A DNA stretch of 64,000 nucleotides from Rebecca billardiae RCC1528 (lineage: Eukaryota; Protista; Haptophyta), in contig OZ251232.1 in assembly GCA_965240325.2 (NCBI GenBank), forward strand, positions 1,240,001-1,304,000, given 5' to 3'. The notes below the pieces were generated by a model that was given only the letters and a program-made list of their open reading frames with translations, ran no database searches and was not told where the DNA came from. Positions 44,403 to 55,491 of this stretch are shown piece after piece (position 1 is the stretch's first letter; each line of letters starts with the position of its first letter). Position numbers and translations under genes: made by a program.

Positions 44403-44700
44403 CGCGCCCAACGCCCCGCGGGCGAACGATGGCGACTGACGGGTCACCGAAAGAGAAGCCCCTTCAAGTGCCTTTGTAACGTCCCGCAAGCCTCCGAAGG
44501 AACCGCCCAACGGCCTGCGCGGGCAGGATCAGCATGGCATCCCGGCGTCATCAAGCAGGAGGGGAATTTAGGCGCCGGGCCTATGTGTGAGCCCGGGTCA
44601 GCAGGTAGACCATACCAAGGGCGGTCATGCGCGAGCATGGAGAGCTATGCCATGTTGCGCGAGTGGCAACCCTTGACGGCGGTTTCACCAGGCACATCAA

Positions 44701-46900
44701 TCAGGCCGCCGGCGTGGTGATGACATGCTCATCCTTCACGGCCGCCCACGCGCCGCCCCAGCCTGCGCACGCCAGCGCGACGCCCGCGCCCACGCCCGCG
44801 TAGAAGAGGAAGCGGCCCTCCTCCACGCGCACGGCGCACGCGCACGCGAGCGCGAGGCCGAGCAGCGCGGCCGCGTGCGCGAGCGCGAGGCCGCGCATGG
44901 CGCCCCGCTTGCGCGCCGCAGCGCCGCCGTCCGCCTGATCAGGCTCCACCCAGGCCACGTCCACTGAGCCACCGGGCTGCTCGACGCGCGCGGGCACCGG
45001 CGTGGAGCCCTCGCGCTGCGCGTGCACGCGCCATCGCCGCCCCGTGAGCACCGCGCCCGCCACGCCCGTCAGGCCTGCAAGCAGCAGAGCCCAGCCCGCC
45101 ACGTGCTGCAGGCCCGGGCGCGGCGGCAGCGGGCGCGGCAGCGGCAGGCGCGACCGTGCCGCAAGCGCGGGAGGAGAGAGCGGGGGTCAGCGCGGGCGAC
45201 GCGCGCGAGTAGGCGCGCGCGCGCGCGCTCGTCGCGCGGCGGCGCCTTGCCATGCGCGGCGGCGCGCACCGTCACGGCGAACGGCGAGGCGATCGCTACG
45301 CAGCCCGCAGCCACGCCTGAGAGCGAGACTTGGAGTATGAGCAATATGCATGCGGCTGCCGACTTGTCGCCGCCGGGCCGCCACCTGGAGAAGCGGCCGA
45401 CGCTGAGCAGGAAGAGCGCGAGCGCCATGGCTGCACCAAGCAGCCACACCCCGCTGCCCCCGTCCGCCATCTGCAGCTGCGAGTCCGTAACGGCCGTGTA
45501 CAGCGCTAGGAGCAACACGGGCGCGCCGACGCGCGGCCGCGGGGCGCGCGCGCGGACCGCGCGCGCGCGCAGTGTGAGTGGCCAGCTGCCGCCGAGGGCG
45601 GCGGGCGCCGTGAAGGTGGGCGAGGTGATCTCGAGACTGCGCATTGCAGCCGGTTGGGTGAGGAGAGCGCGTGCGGCTGAGCATGCGCGATTCGCCGCCG
45701 GCCATGCACCGGACAAGTCCGGGAGGCCGGACAAGTCCGGGAGGCGTGAGAGCTGCCCACGCGCTGGCGGCTCGGGCGTGGTGACGGTGCGGCGTGCGGC
45801 GCGGCGCAGCGCGCGCACCGATCCAGCGCCTCCTCGGCTGTGCGGAGCTCGCCACCGCCCTCGGCGGGTGTGTCCCGTCCACTGCCGACGACGACGCCCA
45901 GCAGCGCGCCAGCGCCGACCGCGCGCGCCCGGCGGCTGCCGTACGCCGTGGGCTGCGCGGCCGAGCGGTATGCACGCGCGGCCGGGGCAGTCAGCACGCT
46001 GCTTGCGCCTCGGCCCGCCGTGCGCGGCCCGCCACGGCCCCCGGCCCGCCGGCGGGCGCGTGTGTCCGAGTCGGAGTAGCCCGAGTAGTAGTACGAGCGC
46101 CTCGACCTCTCTTCTGAGTCGTCGTCCGACGCGCCATCGCCGCCCTCCGCGCCGTCGTCCGCGGCGCCGCCCGCTTGCAGCGCGCGGCGCACGTCGGCCG
46201 TGGCCGCGCGTGCGGCGAGCCGGCGCCTGGCGCGCCTGCTCGCTCCCACCGTCGCCAGAACGCGCGCCTCTGGCACGAGCGTGACGCCGCGGCTGTCCAC
46301 GAGAGACCAGCGCAACTCCACCTCCGCGCCGGCCGACACGTACAGCGCCAGCCGATACGACCGGTCCGGGAGAATGGCAGAGCGATCAAATCGAATCAGC
46401 CACGCCTGCGCGGCCGCGGCCGCGGCCGGCGGCGGGCATGCGCCGTCGGCGGTGCCGACGAAGGTCGCGCACGTGGCGCTTGGGCTCGTGCAGCAGGTTG
46501 AGACCTCCCACAGCGTCGCGCTCTCCGCCGGCCGGTTGAGCTCCTGCACGGTCTTGCCAGCGCACACGAGGACAATGCTTAACAGCAGAGCGCACAGCGA
46601 CACAGGCGTGGCGCCGAGCAGCAGTGCACACGACGAGGGCCAGCGCTGCGCATCGCGGGCGTCGAGCTCGGGTGCCTCGATCTCAAGGATGCCACCGCCG
46701 CGGGCGAGCGGGCGGACCACGCCACCCTCCGGCGACAGTTGCGCGCCCCGTCGTGCGACGTCCACGTCCGCGCTGCCCTCGGCGTGGGGTGGCGCTGGTG
46801 ATGATGTGATCGGGTCGGCAGGCCCAGTCTCGTCATCTTGGCGCGGCTCCGAGCCACGAGCAGGAGGGTCCGTCAGGACCAGCTCCGGCCCATCATCCAT
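44701..46900 (-). CDS. Hypothetical multi-pass membrane protein; exons 46900-45819, 45636-45246, 45105-44701
   Basis: GT-AG intron 45818-45637 gives EEALDRLEITSPTFTAP; GC-AG intron 45245-45106 joins HGK|HVAGWALLL; one N-proximal and about five C-terminal hydrophobic helices. Confidence 0.6.
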
Positions 46901-47687
46901 GGCGTGGCCGTCGTGCCCACCTCGCCGTCAAACACGACGACGGGTACCGCGGACGGCTCCGTGGGGACTTTTTCACGCCCAGGCTACAAGTACGGTACCC
47001 TGCCCCGTCGTCAGTCCCGGACTTTCGTAACCCAGGCACCCAGCAGCGAGTTTCGGGCGCCGACGGACGACGGTGCCGGTGGCGCTGACGTGCCGTCTGC
47101 CGCGCACTTGCTTGCAGCACTTACACTCCGGGCAGCTTCCCGAGGCTAGTGTAACTGTTGGTTAGTCTATTATTATTACGAATAATGACGTATGTAACCG
47201 ATCACTGATCACCGATGATTACCCGCGCGATCACTCGACGCCGACTGCGGCGCCGCCCGCCGGGCAGCGGCCGGTCACCGCACTCTCGGCTCACGGTCCG
47301 TCAGACAGACTGTACAGAGGGTCCGACAGCCGTCGTACTAAGTATATATCGACTATTAACTAACCGTGAATCAGCCGTCATAACGTGATGAAGTCGGTGA
47401 GGCCGGTGCATGCGGCAGCAGCCAGTCTGTAATATTAATTAATATATATATATGATTATAGTTTATTATAATAATAAAATTGTTAATCCGCTGTAGTCTG
47501 TATCGTGGCTCCAGCATTCAGCAAGAGTCCGGGCGAAGCACTTCGAGCCGCTGAGGCCCCAAGCGGGTCTGGCGCAGCCGTGGGCACCCGTCGGCGTGGT
47601 GAGCGAGCTGCGCCACATGCGACATGGTGCTACGGTCACCCCGCGCCGCGCAGCTTGGCAAGCCCACTGCACTGCTCAGTCTGAGGC

Positions 47688-49196
47688 TCAGTACTGCACG
47701 ACGAGCTGCGAGCCGGGCGCCATACTGCCGCTCGGCACGTCCACAAAGTACTCGCGGCCGTCGTGCGGGCTGACCACCTTGAGCCGGTGCCCAGGCACGT
47801 AGTCGGCTGGCACGGTCACGAGCAGCAGCCGCCCGGTGCCGCCCTGCTGCGCGGCGCGCGCCGAGGGCGGCGTCGCGGCGCGCGCGCCGGTCGAGCGCGC
47901 GGAGTCGTGCCCGGGCGCTGCGTCGGAGGCGTCGAGGTGCTGGCCGACGACCCGCCGCGCGGGCGACTGGGGCGCGCGGAACTGCCGCTGGATCTGCACC
48001 ATCGTCTCCGCCGACATGTTGCGGTCCTCGTCCGCCTCGAAGCACGGCAGGCACACGAGGCAGTCCTGGCCGCACGAGCCGAGCGTCGCGCGCGGCAGCA
48101 GACCGGCCTTCTGGAGCGGCCGCACCTCGACGAGCGGCACGTCCGCGAACTTGGTGGCGTGGCGGTAGACGTACACGAGCGAGGCGATCGTGACGAGCGG
48201 CGCGACCAGGAACAGCAGCGGCGTCGCGTACGTCGGCGCCTCGGGCGGGATCAGGTCGATCGCGAAGAGCGCAAAGTTGTACGTGCCGTGCGCGACCACG
48301 GGCAGTGGCACGATCGTGTACCACGCGTTGCGCGTGCCGAGGAACTTGCGCTCGGCGAGGGCGGTGCCGGACATCATGCCCCAGGCCGTGTGCGCCGGCA
48401 CCGAGAGGAACGCGCGCAGCACGCCCGTCACCGGCCCCGAGTTGAGCACGTACAGCAGGTTCTCGATCAGCGCGAAGCCGTTGGCCGCGCCGCACGCGTA
48501 CACGAGGAGTGCGCGCGGGTCAGCGACGAGGTCCTTCCAGAGGACGGCGCGGATGGCGTTGAACTTGAGGAGCTCCTCGAGCAGGCCCGCCTGCACGTAC
48601 GCGGTGAGCAGCGGCTGCATCACGTCGTGCACGTCGTACAGCGGCCGCCATGCGCCGAACGCCGACAGCATCAGGTGCAGCAGGACGAGTGGCAGCATCA
48701 GTCCGATCGCCCAGAGCGTCGTGAAGGTGAGCTGCCACAGGTCAATGACCTCGCGGAAGCGCCTGACGAGGAAGAGGACAAACATGATCGACGGCGCGAT
48801 CGCCAGCAGCGCGAGGCCCACCGGCCTCAGCGGCCCGATGAGGGAGACACCTGTGAACGCCGCGATGACAACCGCATAGATGGCAAGATAGCCCATGCTG
48901 CCAGCGCAGCCGGGGGTGAGGTTCGGGGGCTTTGGGAGCTGCTCGCCCGCTGAGCTTTGCCTGAGGGGCATCGGCGCCACGCCCGGTGGGCGGTGGACGA
49001 CTATGCTCGTGGAGCCTCGGCGCGCCGCCTCGGCGTCGACGTCGGGCGCCGGCACGGCCACGGGCTGCGCCGCGGGCACGCGCGCGTTCTCGATGAGCGC
49101 ATTTGCGACCGTTCTCGAGCGTTTAGGGGTGCCGGCCGGCGGCCACGCGAACCACGCCGCCCGCGCGGGCTGCCCCTGCTCTTCATCGGCCACCAT
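47688..49196 (-). CDS. PrsW-family intramembrane glutamic-type peptidase
   Basis: AGLLEELLKF, GAANGFALIENLLY, RAFLSVPAHTAW, VVAHGTYNF in a multi-TM context. Confidence 0.88.
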   Translation of the reverse strand: MVADEEQGQPARAAWFAWPPAGTPKRSRTVANALIENARVPAAQPVAVPAPDVDAEAARRGSTSIVVHRPPGVAPMPLRQSSAGEQLPKPPNLTPGCAGSMGYLAIYAVVIAAFTGVSLIGPLRPVGLALLAIAPSIMFVLFLVRRFREVIDLWQLTFTTLWAIGLMLPLVLLHLMLSAFGAWRPLYDVHDVMQPLLTAYVQAGLLEELLKFNAIRAVLWKDLVADPRALLVYACGAANGFALIENLLYVLNSGPVTGVLRAFLSVPAHTAWGMMSGTALAERKFLGTRNAWYTIVPLPVVAHGTYNFALFAIDLIPPEAPTYATPLLFLVAPLVTIASLVYVYRHATKFADVPLVEVRPLQKAGLLPRATLGSCGQDCLVCLPCFEADEDRNMSAETMVQIQRQFRAPQSPARRVVGQHLDASDAAPGHDSARSTGARAATPPSARAAQQGGTGRLLLVTVPADYVPGHRLKVVSPHDGREYFVDVPSGSMAPGSQLVVQY

Positions 49197-49658
49197 TGCA
49201 GCCCTCGAGTAACCTCGCGCCCGCCCACCGCCGCTGGCAAGCTTCTGGATGCGACGAGCTGAGCCAAGAGCCGAAGCGCGGGTCAAAACCGCGCGCAATT
49301 CGTACTCATCGGTAGGGCCCAACTGCCGAATGATGATAGAGCAGACACTATGATGCATCTACCCGTAGTATACAGTCTGGGTAGTCTACTATGAACTCTC
49401 TTGTACCCGGGCCCGCCAGCTGTGCAGATGATCGTTTGCCCATGTGTGCAGCTTGTGAGCATCAGCCCAGGTCTGCAGCTGCACCCAGGCTCCACCTGCC
49501 GCTCCACGCCTCGAACTCACTGAACGGATCTGCGCTTGGCGTTCGAAGGAACGCCAACCTAAGGTACGCCAACCCGAACCAGCCTGCACACCGAGCAGCT
49601 TATCGAGGGTGGCAACTTCGTTGTCATCCCTGCTCCGCGACTCGGGACTCGCTGCGCG

Positions 49659-50864
49659 TCAGAACCTCGCCGTGCGCGCGTCTCGCCGGCCGCGCACGTC
49701 GGCGTGCACCTCCTCAAAGTACTTGCAGCACGTCTCAAACATGACGAACTGTATTGAGATCGACGGCGCCACCTTCAGGTAGTTCGCGCTCAGGCCCCGG
49801 AAGAGGCCGCGCCAGCCATCGCGCTGCAGAATCCCGCGGAAGCAGTCGACCATTCCCCTGTACTTTGGTACATCCGGGTATTTCACCTTGAACGACTGCA
49901 CCTGCAGCTGCCGTCTGCGGCGGCGGCGGCGCACCGACGGCGGCGGCGCGCACGGCGGAGGCATGCGTCGGTCGCGCGCGGTCGCGCACGGCGGAGCCGA
50001 CGGGCGGCGTGCCAGCACGCGCGCGCGCGCGCGCGCGCACCTGACAGTGTCCAGTGGATAGGCCACGGTCTGGCCGGCGGCGCCCGCGAGCGCGCCCACT
50101 GCGAGCTTGCCCACCACGCTCGGCTCGCCCGTGTCCGGATGCCGCGGCAGCCACTCGCGCAGGGTGCCGTACACCATGAAGTCGACGCCGACGTACGGCA
50201 TGATCCCCGCGAGCGAGGGCACGAGCCCGCGGTACAGCTGCAGCACGCCCTCCTCGCGCACGACAACGGCCATCCCCGAGAACAGCCCGCGGTACCGGCC
50301 CTCCATGTCGACGGTGAGCCGCGCGCGCATGAAGTCGAGCGGGTACGTGAGCGTCTGCGCGAACGCGCCGGCGAGCGCGCCCGCCCACAGCCGCTGCAGC
50401 GGCGTGAGCGCCTCCGCGCCGTTCTCCGCGAGCAGCTTGCGCTTGAGCACGTCGAACCCGTAAAACTGGAGGGCGCTCATCGGGATGATGCGCACGCAGT
50501 TGGCCACGTTGCCCTTGTACCAGCCACGGATGCCCTCCTTCTGCAGGATCGCCGAGAGCGACTGCCACACGCTCGTGTACCGCAGCGGCTGCCCCGGCGG
50601 CGAGACGGACAGGCCCTGCACTTGGAACAGCAGCTTGGTCCGCTCAAGCGGGGCGACTGCGGTGCGCGACACCATGCCGGCGACACCGCCGGCGAGCAGG
50701 ACGCGGGCCGCGTGTGCTCGTAGCAACGGATCGAGCACGTTGTCGTCGAACCAGTTGCGCACGCGCTCGGGCTGCAACCCGGCCACGCCGCTGGTGCGCG
50801 CCGCGGTCGACGGAGCTGCAGGCTGCCGGCCCGAGCCCGGCTCACCGGCTGCTGAGCCCGTCAT
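49659..50864 (-). CDS. Mitochondrial carrier (SLC25; ADNT1/CoA-carrier-like); exons 50864-50041, 49914-49659
   Basis: Three signatures PLERTK, PLDFMRARL, PLDTVRRQLQ; GNVANCVRIIP; 126-bp GT-AG intron. Confidence 0.92.
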   Translation of the reverse strand: MTGSAAGEPGSGRQPAAPSTAARTSGVAGLQPERVRNWFDDNVLDPLLRAHAARVLLAGGVAGMVSRTAVAPLERTKLLFQVQGLSVSPPGQPLRYTSVWQSLSAILQKEGIRGWYKGNVANCVRIIPMSALQFYGFDVLKRKLLAENGAEALTPLQRLWAGALAGAFAQTLTYPLDFMRARLTVDMEGRYRGLFSGMAVVVREEGVLQLYRGLVPSLAGIMPYVGVDFMVYGTLREWLPRHPDTGEPSVVGKLAVGALAGAAGQTVAYPLDTVRCARARARVLARRPSAPPCATARDRRMPPPCAPPPSVRRRRRRRQLQVQSFKVKYPDVPKYRGMVDCFRGILQRDGWRGLFRGLSANYLKVAPSISIQFVMFETCCKYFEEVHADVRGRRDARTARF

Positions 50865-51864
50865 CGGGCTGCGTGGCGAGCCAGAGACCCCCACGCGCGA
50901 TGGCGAGACGACCGCCGCCGAGGGGGCAGGTGCGTCCAGTCGGCCACCGACGAGCCGGAACCCGCGAGCACGGCGCGTGCCCGTTGTTCGCACGGCACGT
51001 CGATGCACGCCCCGCGCACAGCCACGGCGTGCAGTGGAAATGCAGCCAAGGACGACGACGAATAAGTCGATCGATTATCGAGTTGTTTTTGCTGTTTTAT
51101 TTATTACTGGGGTTTTCCGCCCCACGGGACGCAGAAAAACATGCACGCTTGGAAAACGGCCCGCCAAATCAAAATGAGTTTCACGGCCGGTCGAGAAAAC
51201 TTATTGATCGGAGCCCTCTCTACAGTCGTCGACCAGATGGCGGCGTCCAGATGGGACTTGCTAGTTATGAGCAACGGCCGTGTCCCCAGAGATGGCAGCG
51301 GCGGCGGCAAGTGCGGACTGCTCAGCAGAATCAGCAGCATAGTCAGCGTCGCGGCGCGCGGAGAATGGCCGAGGACTCGAGGCAGAGTTTGTGCGCTCGT
51401 GCGCGCGAGCGATGGCTGTGCTGCGGTGCAAAGAACAGGGAGCTCCTATCATGACGCGATTACTGAGAGCGATACGCGCGTTGCAGCCACGGCGAACTGC
51501 CAGGCCAGCCGCATATGCAACCGCTGCCGACGCCGTGCCGCCGATGTATGCGGGAGCACCACCGCCGCCGCAGCAGCGACGACAGCAGCACACCGTGCGA
51601 GACATCCAGCTCAACACACATTATTCTGCTACTGTCATTTCCGTACTGTAACTGTTGCCGCGAGATGTCCTCGTCCGCTGCATACCTCATACAGAAAGAA
51701 AGTCATGCACCGCTGCTTCTCCGGCGCGGCATGACTTGCCGTTCTCGTATCAAGGTACTCGACGACGTTTTGTGGACGACGGTGGGGCGAGAACGACGGG
51801 CGCTGGCGCGCCGCGAGGCGGCCGCAGCCCTCATCCACCCAGGCCTCGCAGGCGGACGGCTGAA

Positions 51865-51957
51865 TGAATCTTCCGACGGCGCTACCATCGGCGACGGCTT
51901 CATGGGCGGTGAATCTTCAGACGGCGCTACCATCGGCGAGGGGTTCATTGGCGGTGA
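51865..51957. repeat. Two-copy 45-bp tandem repeat
   Basis: TGAATCTTC(C/A)GACGGCGCTACCATCGGCGA..GTTCAT.GGCGG at 51865 and 51910. Confidence 0.85.
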
Positions 51958-53150
51958 CAGTTGGCGGGCGTCAATCTCGCTTGCCTGAGCTGTGTGCGTT
52001 TCTAAGTAAATGAACAGGGGGACGTCCAGACTCCAGATGGTGGGCCCCACTTTGGCGGTGGCTGGCCAGGTAGTGCGGCACGTCCGTGCCTCTGGACGGG
52101 CACTGAGCGGTGGCGAGGTCGCCAAATGGCGTGGGGTGCTCCCAGACAAGGTTGTTACTGGTGCTGATCAGCTCGCTAGCCATGTCGGTCTATGATCGCC
52201 TCGCCGTTGACAGGCGCGCACACGCTGCACACATATTCGCATGGCAGCCGTGTCGGACGGCGGTCGCACGACTACCGCGCAGTCAACATTGATCGTCAGA
52301 CTCACGGTGTGTCGGGTCAGAGGAACATGGACTGGTCTGCACCGTCGCAAGGCATACCAAAGAGGTCGGCATGGCCGTCAGAACGGTGATCCTGGTCCCT
52401 ACTTGCCCATTCTTCCCATGCGCAACCTCGCGCGCGCCGGTCGCACGGACGTGGACGTGGACGTGAGAGTGGTCGAAAAGTCGGAAAGGAAGCTGTCACT
52501 CATGCTCACGCGCTCGTATGGCGACGCCGACCGGCGAGTGCAACGCCTCCCGGTCCCGGACGTTGCACTCGCGCCTTGGATCGCGGTGGGACGGGCACTC
52601 ACGCCCGCCATGGCTTCCTTTCCGACAGTGGGAATCCCCACAGGCCTGGGTATGATAGCCAGGATGTAATTTGGACTTTCACCCGATAAGGGGAATTTAT
52701 TATTACTTGCACCAGACCTCGCCCAAGGGCCATTGCCTCGCCTGTACTATTTAGTACTACTAGTACTGTATCATAGTAGAAGCAGTAACATAGTGGTATG
52801 GATACAGTTTCAAGTTTACTCAAGTAATAAAGAGACGACACAGCTCAGGCAGGCGGCGAGATACAAGTATCGTGAAGTATCACGGCTGCTCAACTTTTGA
52901 GTTTCGACCACAGTCCACACTGTGCGGTGCCCCGCGGCTCGCAAGCGAGGCATTTCGCTCGGGGGGCTTCGGGCGCTTTCTCGAGCGATGCGAATCTGCT
53001 GAAATGAAATCGGGCAACACGTCTGCTTCTCTTTCGCTCCGCGGGCCGCCCAACAGGCACGAGAAGACGACCATCGCGCTGGAACGACGCGTGGCGCCCG
53101 GCGTCGCTCTGAATCTCGAGTCGCACTACTTGCACGCGCGTGCTGAAGTG

Positions 53151-54245
53151 ATGCGCAAGACGTCGCTCTCCCGCAACGCGATGGCCATGGCCTGCCTCCT
53201 CGCCGCTACGGGCGCATTCGCCCAGGAAGACCCGCCTGTGCAGTCGTCGCCATCACCACCGCCCCCGCCGTCACCCCCGCCCCCACCGCCTCCTTCGCCA
53301 CCACCACCTCCGCCCCCCTCGCCACCACCGCCCCCGCCCCCCTCGCCGCCGCCACCGCCGCCCCCCTCGCCGCCGCCACCGCCGCCACCCTCACCGCCGC
53401 CCCCATCGCCGCCACCGCCCTCCCCGCCGCCACCGCCGCCTCCGTCGCCACCACCGCCCCCACCCCTCTCGCCGCCGCCACCGCCGCCACCCTCGCCGCC
53501 GCCCCCATCGCCGCCACCACCCTCCCCGCCGCCACCGCCGCCTCCGTCACCACCACCGTCCCCACCCCCCTCCCCGCCGCCACCGCCGCCTCCGTCGCCA
53601 CCACCGCTCACCTGTGATCACGGAGAGACTGTGCACCTCTACCCCGACACCTTCGAGAAGGCGACGTGGCACGAGCATCTGAACACGTGCGGCGCGCTGC
53701 GCGAGCACCCATCGTACAGGGGCGGCAACACGCGGCTGGTCTCGTGGCGCCTGCACGTGGCCGCTCCCGTCCTGCTCGAGTTCGACGCGTGCGATACCTC
53801 CCCGCAGGCGCACCTCACGCTGGTGCGCGGCTGCGTGGGCGAGCCCACGTTCGACGGCCCTGTTCTCTCGGAGCGTGCCGCGCAGGGCGCGTGCCCCCGC
53901 CCACGGCAGCACGGTCTCCACGCCTCTGTGGAGCTCTTGGAGCCCGGGCTGTACACCGCGGCACTGGCAGTGCCCAACTGGGTGCCGTGCAAGGAGTTCC
54001 ACGCGAGCGCAGCCGCCACGCCGATCGTACCCGTACATCCCTCGGTGCCCGGCAGCGCGCGTGCGGAGACGAGCGAAGCGCTCGGCGTCAGCGCGCGTGG
54101 CGCACCGCTGGGGTTGCTGAGCGGAGCGCTCGTGGTCATTCTGGCAGCGGCAGCGCTCGCATTGCTGTGGCGTGCCCGGTGGAAGCGCGGCGCGACCAGC
54201 GCGCCGTGTGGCGCCGAGAGCCCAATGCAGGGGGCAATGCTTTGA
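53151..54245 (+). CDS. SPn (extensin/pherophorin-like) proline-rich type-I surface protein
   Basis: Signal AMACLLAATGAFA, about 120 aa of S(P)3-7 repeats, Cys-containing globular domain, TM GLLSGALVVILAAAALALLW followed by RARWKR. Confidence 0.8.
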   Translation: MRKTSLSRNAMAMACLLAATGAFAQEDPPVQSSPSPPPPPSPPPPPPPSPPPPPPPSPPPPPPPSPPPPPPPSPPPPPPPSPPPPSPPPPSPPPPPPPSPPPPPPLSPPPPPPPSPPPPSPPPPSPPPPPPPSPPPSPPPSPPPPPPPSPPPLTCDHGETVHLYPDTFEKATWHEHLNTCGALREHPSYRGGNTRLVSWRLHVAAPVLLEFDACDTSPQAHLTLVRGCVGEPTFDGPVLSERAAQGACPRPRQHGLHASVELLEPGLYTAALAVPNWVPCKEFHASAAATPIVPVHPSVPGSARAETSEALGVSARGAPLGLLSGALVVILAAAALALLWRARWKRGATSAPCGAESPMQGAML

Positions 54246-54528
54246 TGACGTGATCACGTGTTAAACAGCTCGGCATGCGACGGGTTTGATAGTGCGAATA
54301 TCAGAATAATTATACTGATGGCGGCAGGGTTATCGTACCCGCGCATCACGCAAAATTATATTAAATGACTACTTGCTGATGAGCTATAGTACATATAGTC
54401 AGTATCTGTAATCTGAGACAGCAGTATTAGTATAGACGACTATATAATAATTGACAGCATTGCCATTGATGATACGGGCGCCGCCGGCGTGCGGGTGCCT
54501 GGCGTGAAACTACACTCAAGACAGTCTA

Positions 54529-55081
54529 CAGGTAATCGCGGGCAATAGCCAATAAGGAGCTGTCACGTTAAGAAACTGGGGCTTGCTATCTGCGTGTCTG
54601 GCCTAGAAACTGAGACTAGCGATTGGCTGGTTCGCTATACGCATATAGCCACACTAAGAAACCGGGACTACGTCGTCGCGGCCGCTGATGAGTGGTCCGC
54701 CGCGAGGCGCAGTGCCCGTCGGCGTGGGACGCGCGGCGCGCGGCCCGACTACGAATACAGGCCAAGTCCCGACTTCTCCTGATGACTGACTCTCGGCCAG
54801 TGCACGCAGCATCCATGATGCAACATCATGCCAGATTTGCTCCAAAATGACCCGCACTTTTTTCTTCGATCGGCCTTATCGCCGCGGCCGGGCCTAACTA
54901 AACGGACTCAGCGCCGGGGGGCTCTGCCCTGACCGCCCTGCGCCCCGGCCGGCCGCCTGCGCGGCGGACCGGGACCTAGCTAGGAAACTGAGACTCAATA
55001 GGCGATCGGGCTACCGAACGGCTAAGAAACCGAGACTAGCCGTGAGATCCCTACTGACTTCTTATTGCCCGCGATTGCCTG
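54529..55081. mobile_element. Tc1/mariner-type MITE, 553 bp, 19-bp TIRs, TA target-site duplication
   Basis: TA|CAGGTAATCGCGGGCAATA ... TATTGCCCGCGATTGCCTG|TA (18/19 match); internal repeats (T)AAGAAAC(C/T)G(A/G)GACTA at ~54569, 54604, 54654, 54981, 55022; no credible ORF. Confidence 0.85.
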
Positions 55082-55491
55082 TACGCAGTACGCGCTCTGC
55101 TATGATAGTCCGTCTCAGTCGTGACGACTGTAGCTTAGAGTAACGGTCGCGGCGTGAGTACTCAGAGTCAGACTCAGTCACTTAGATGCGCGCTGATGAC
55201 AGCAGTAGTGATGAGTGCGGTGTGACGACGAGGCGGCGGAGTGCTGTGCGGCACAGACGAGGAGTGGCGAGGTACAGCTGGTGATGTGCATCATGCTGCG
55301 CAGCGCACGGGCCATGCATCACATATGTTCACACTCAGACTTCAGATTCGGTAGACGGTAGACCCATCTGACAGATTCGGTGGCGGCGCTCAGCCGCACT
55401 GCCGACGGGGCTGGCGCGGCGAGCAAGTGCGGGCGGCGACCGCCGCGCGCACCCGCCCCGCCCGCCGCGCCAGAGCCGCTCGCGCGCGCGC

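Noticed and set aside
49915-50040. Stopless 3n introns (126, 126, 138, 162, 186 bp) as a regulated retention system
   Set aside because: About one third of the introns are 3n, as expected by chance, and stop codons are rare in GC-rich DNA.
53245-53607. C-rich periodic tract as CRISPR, telomere or antisense poly-Gly gene
   Set aside because: Explained by SPn codons with variable third positions; no spacers.
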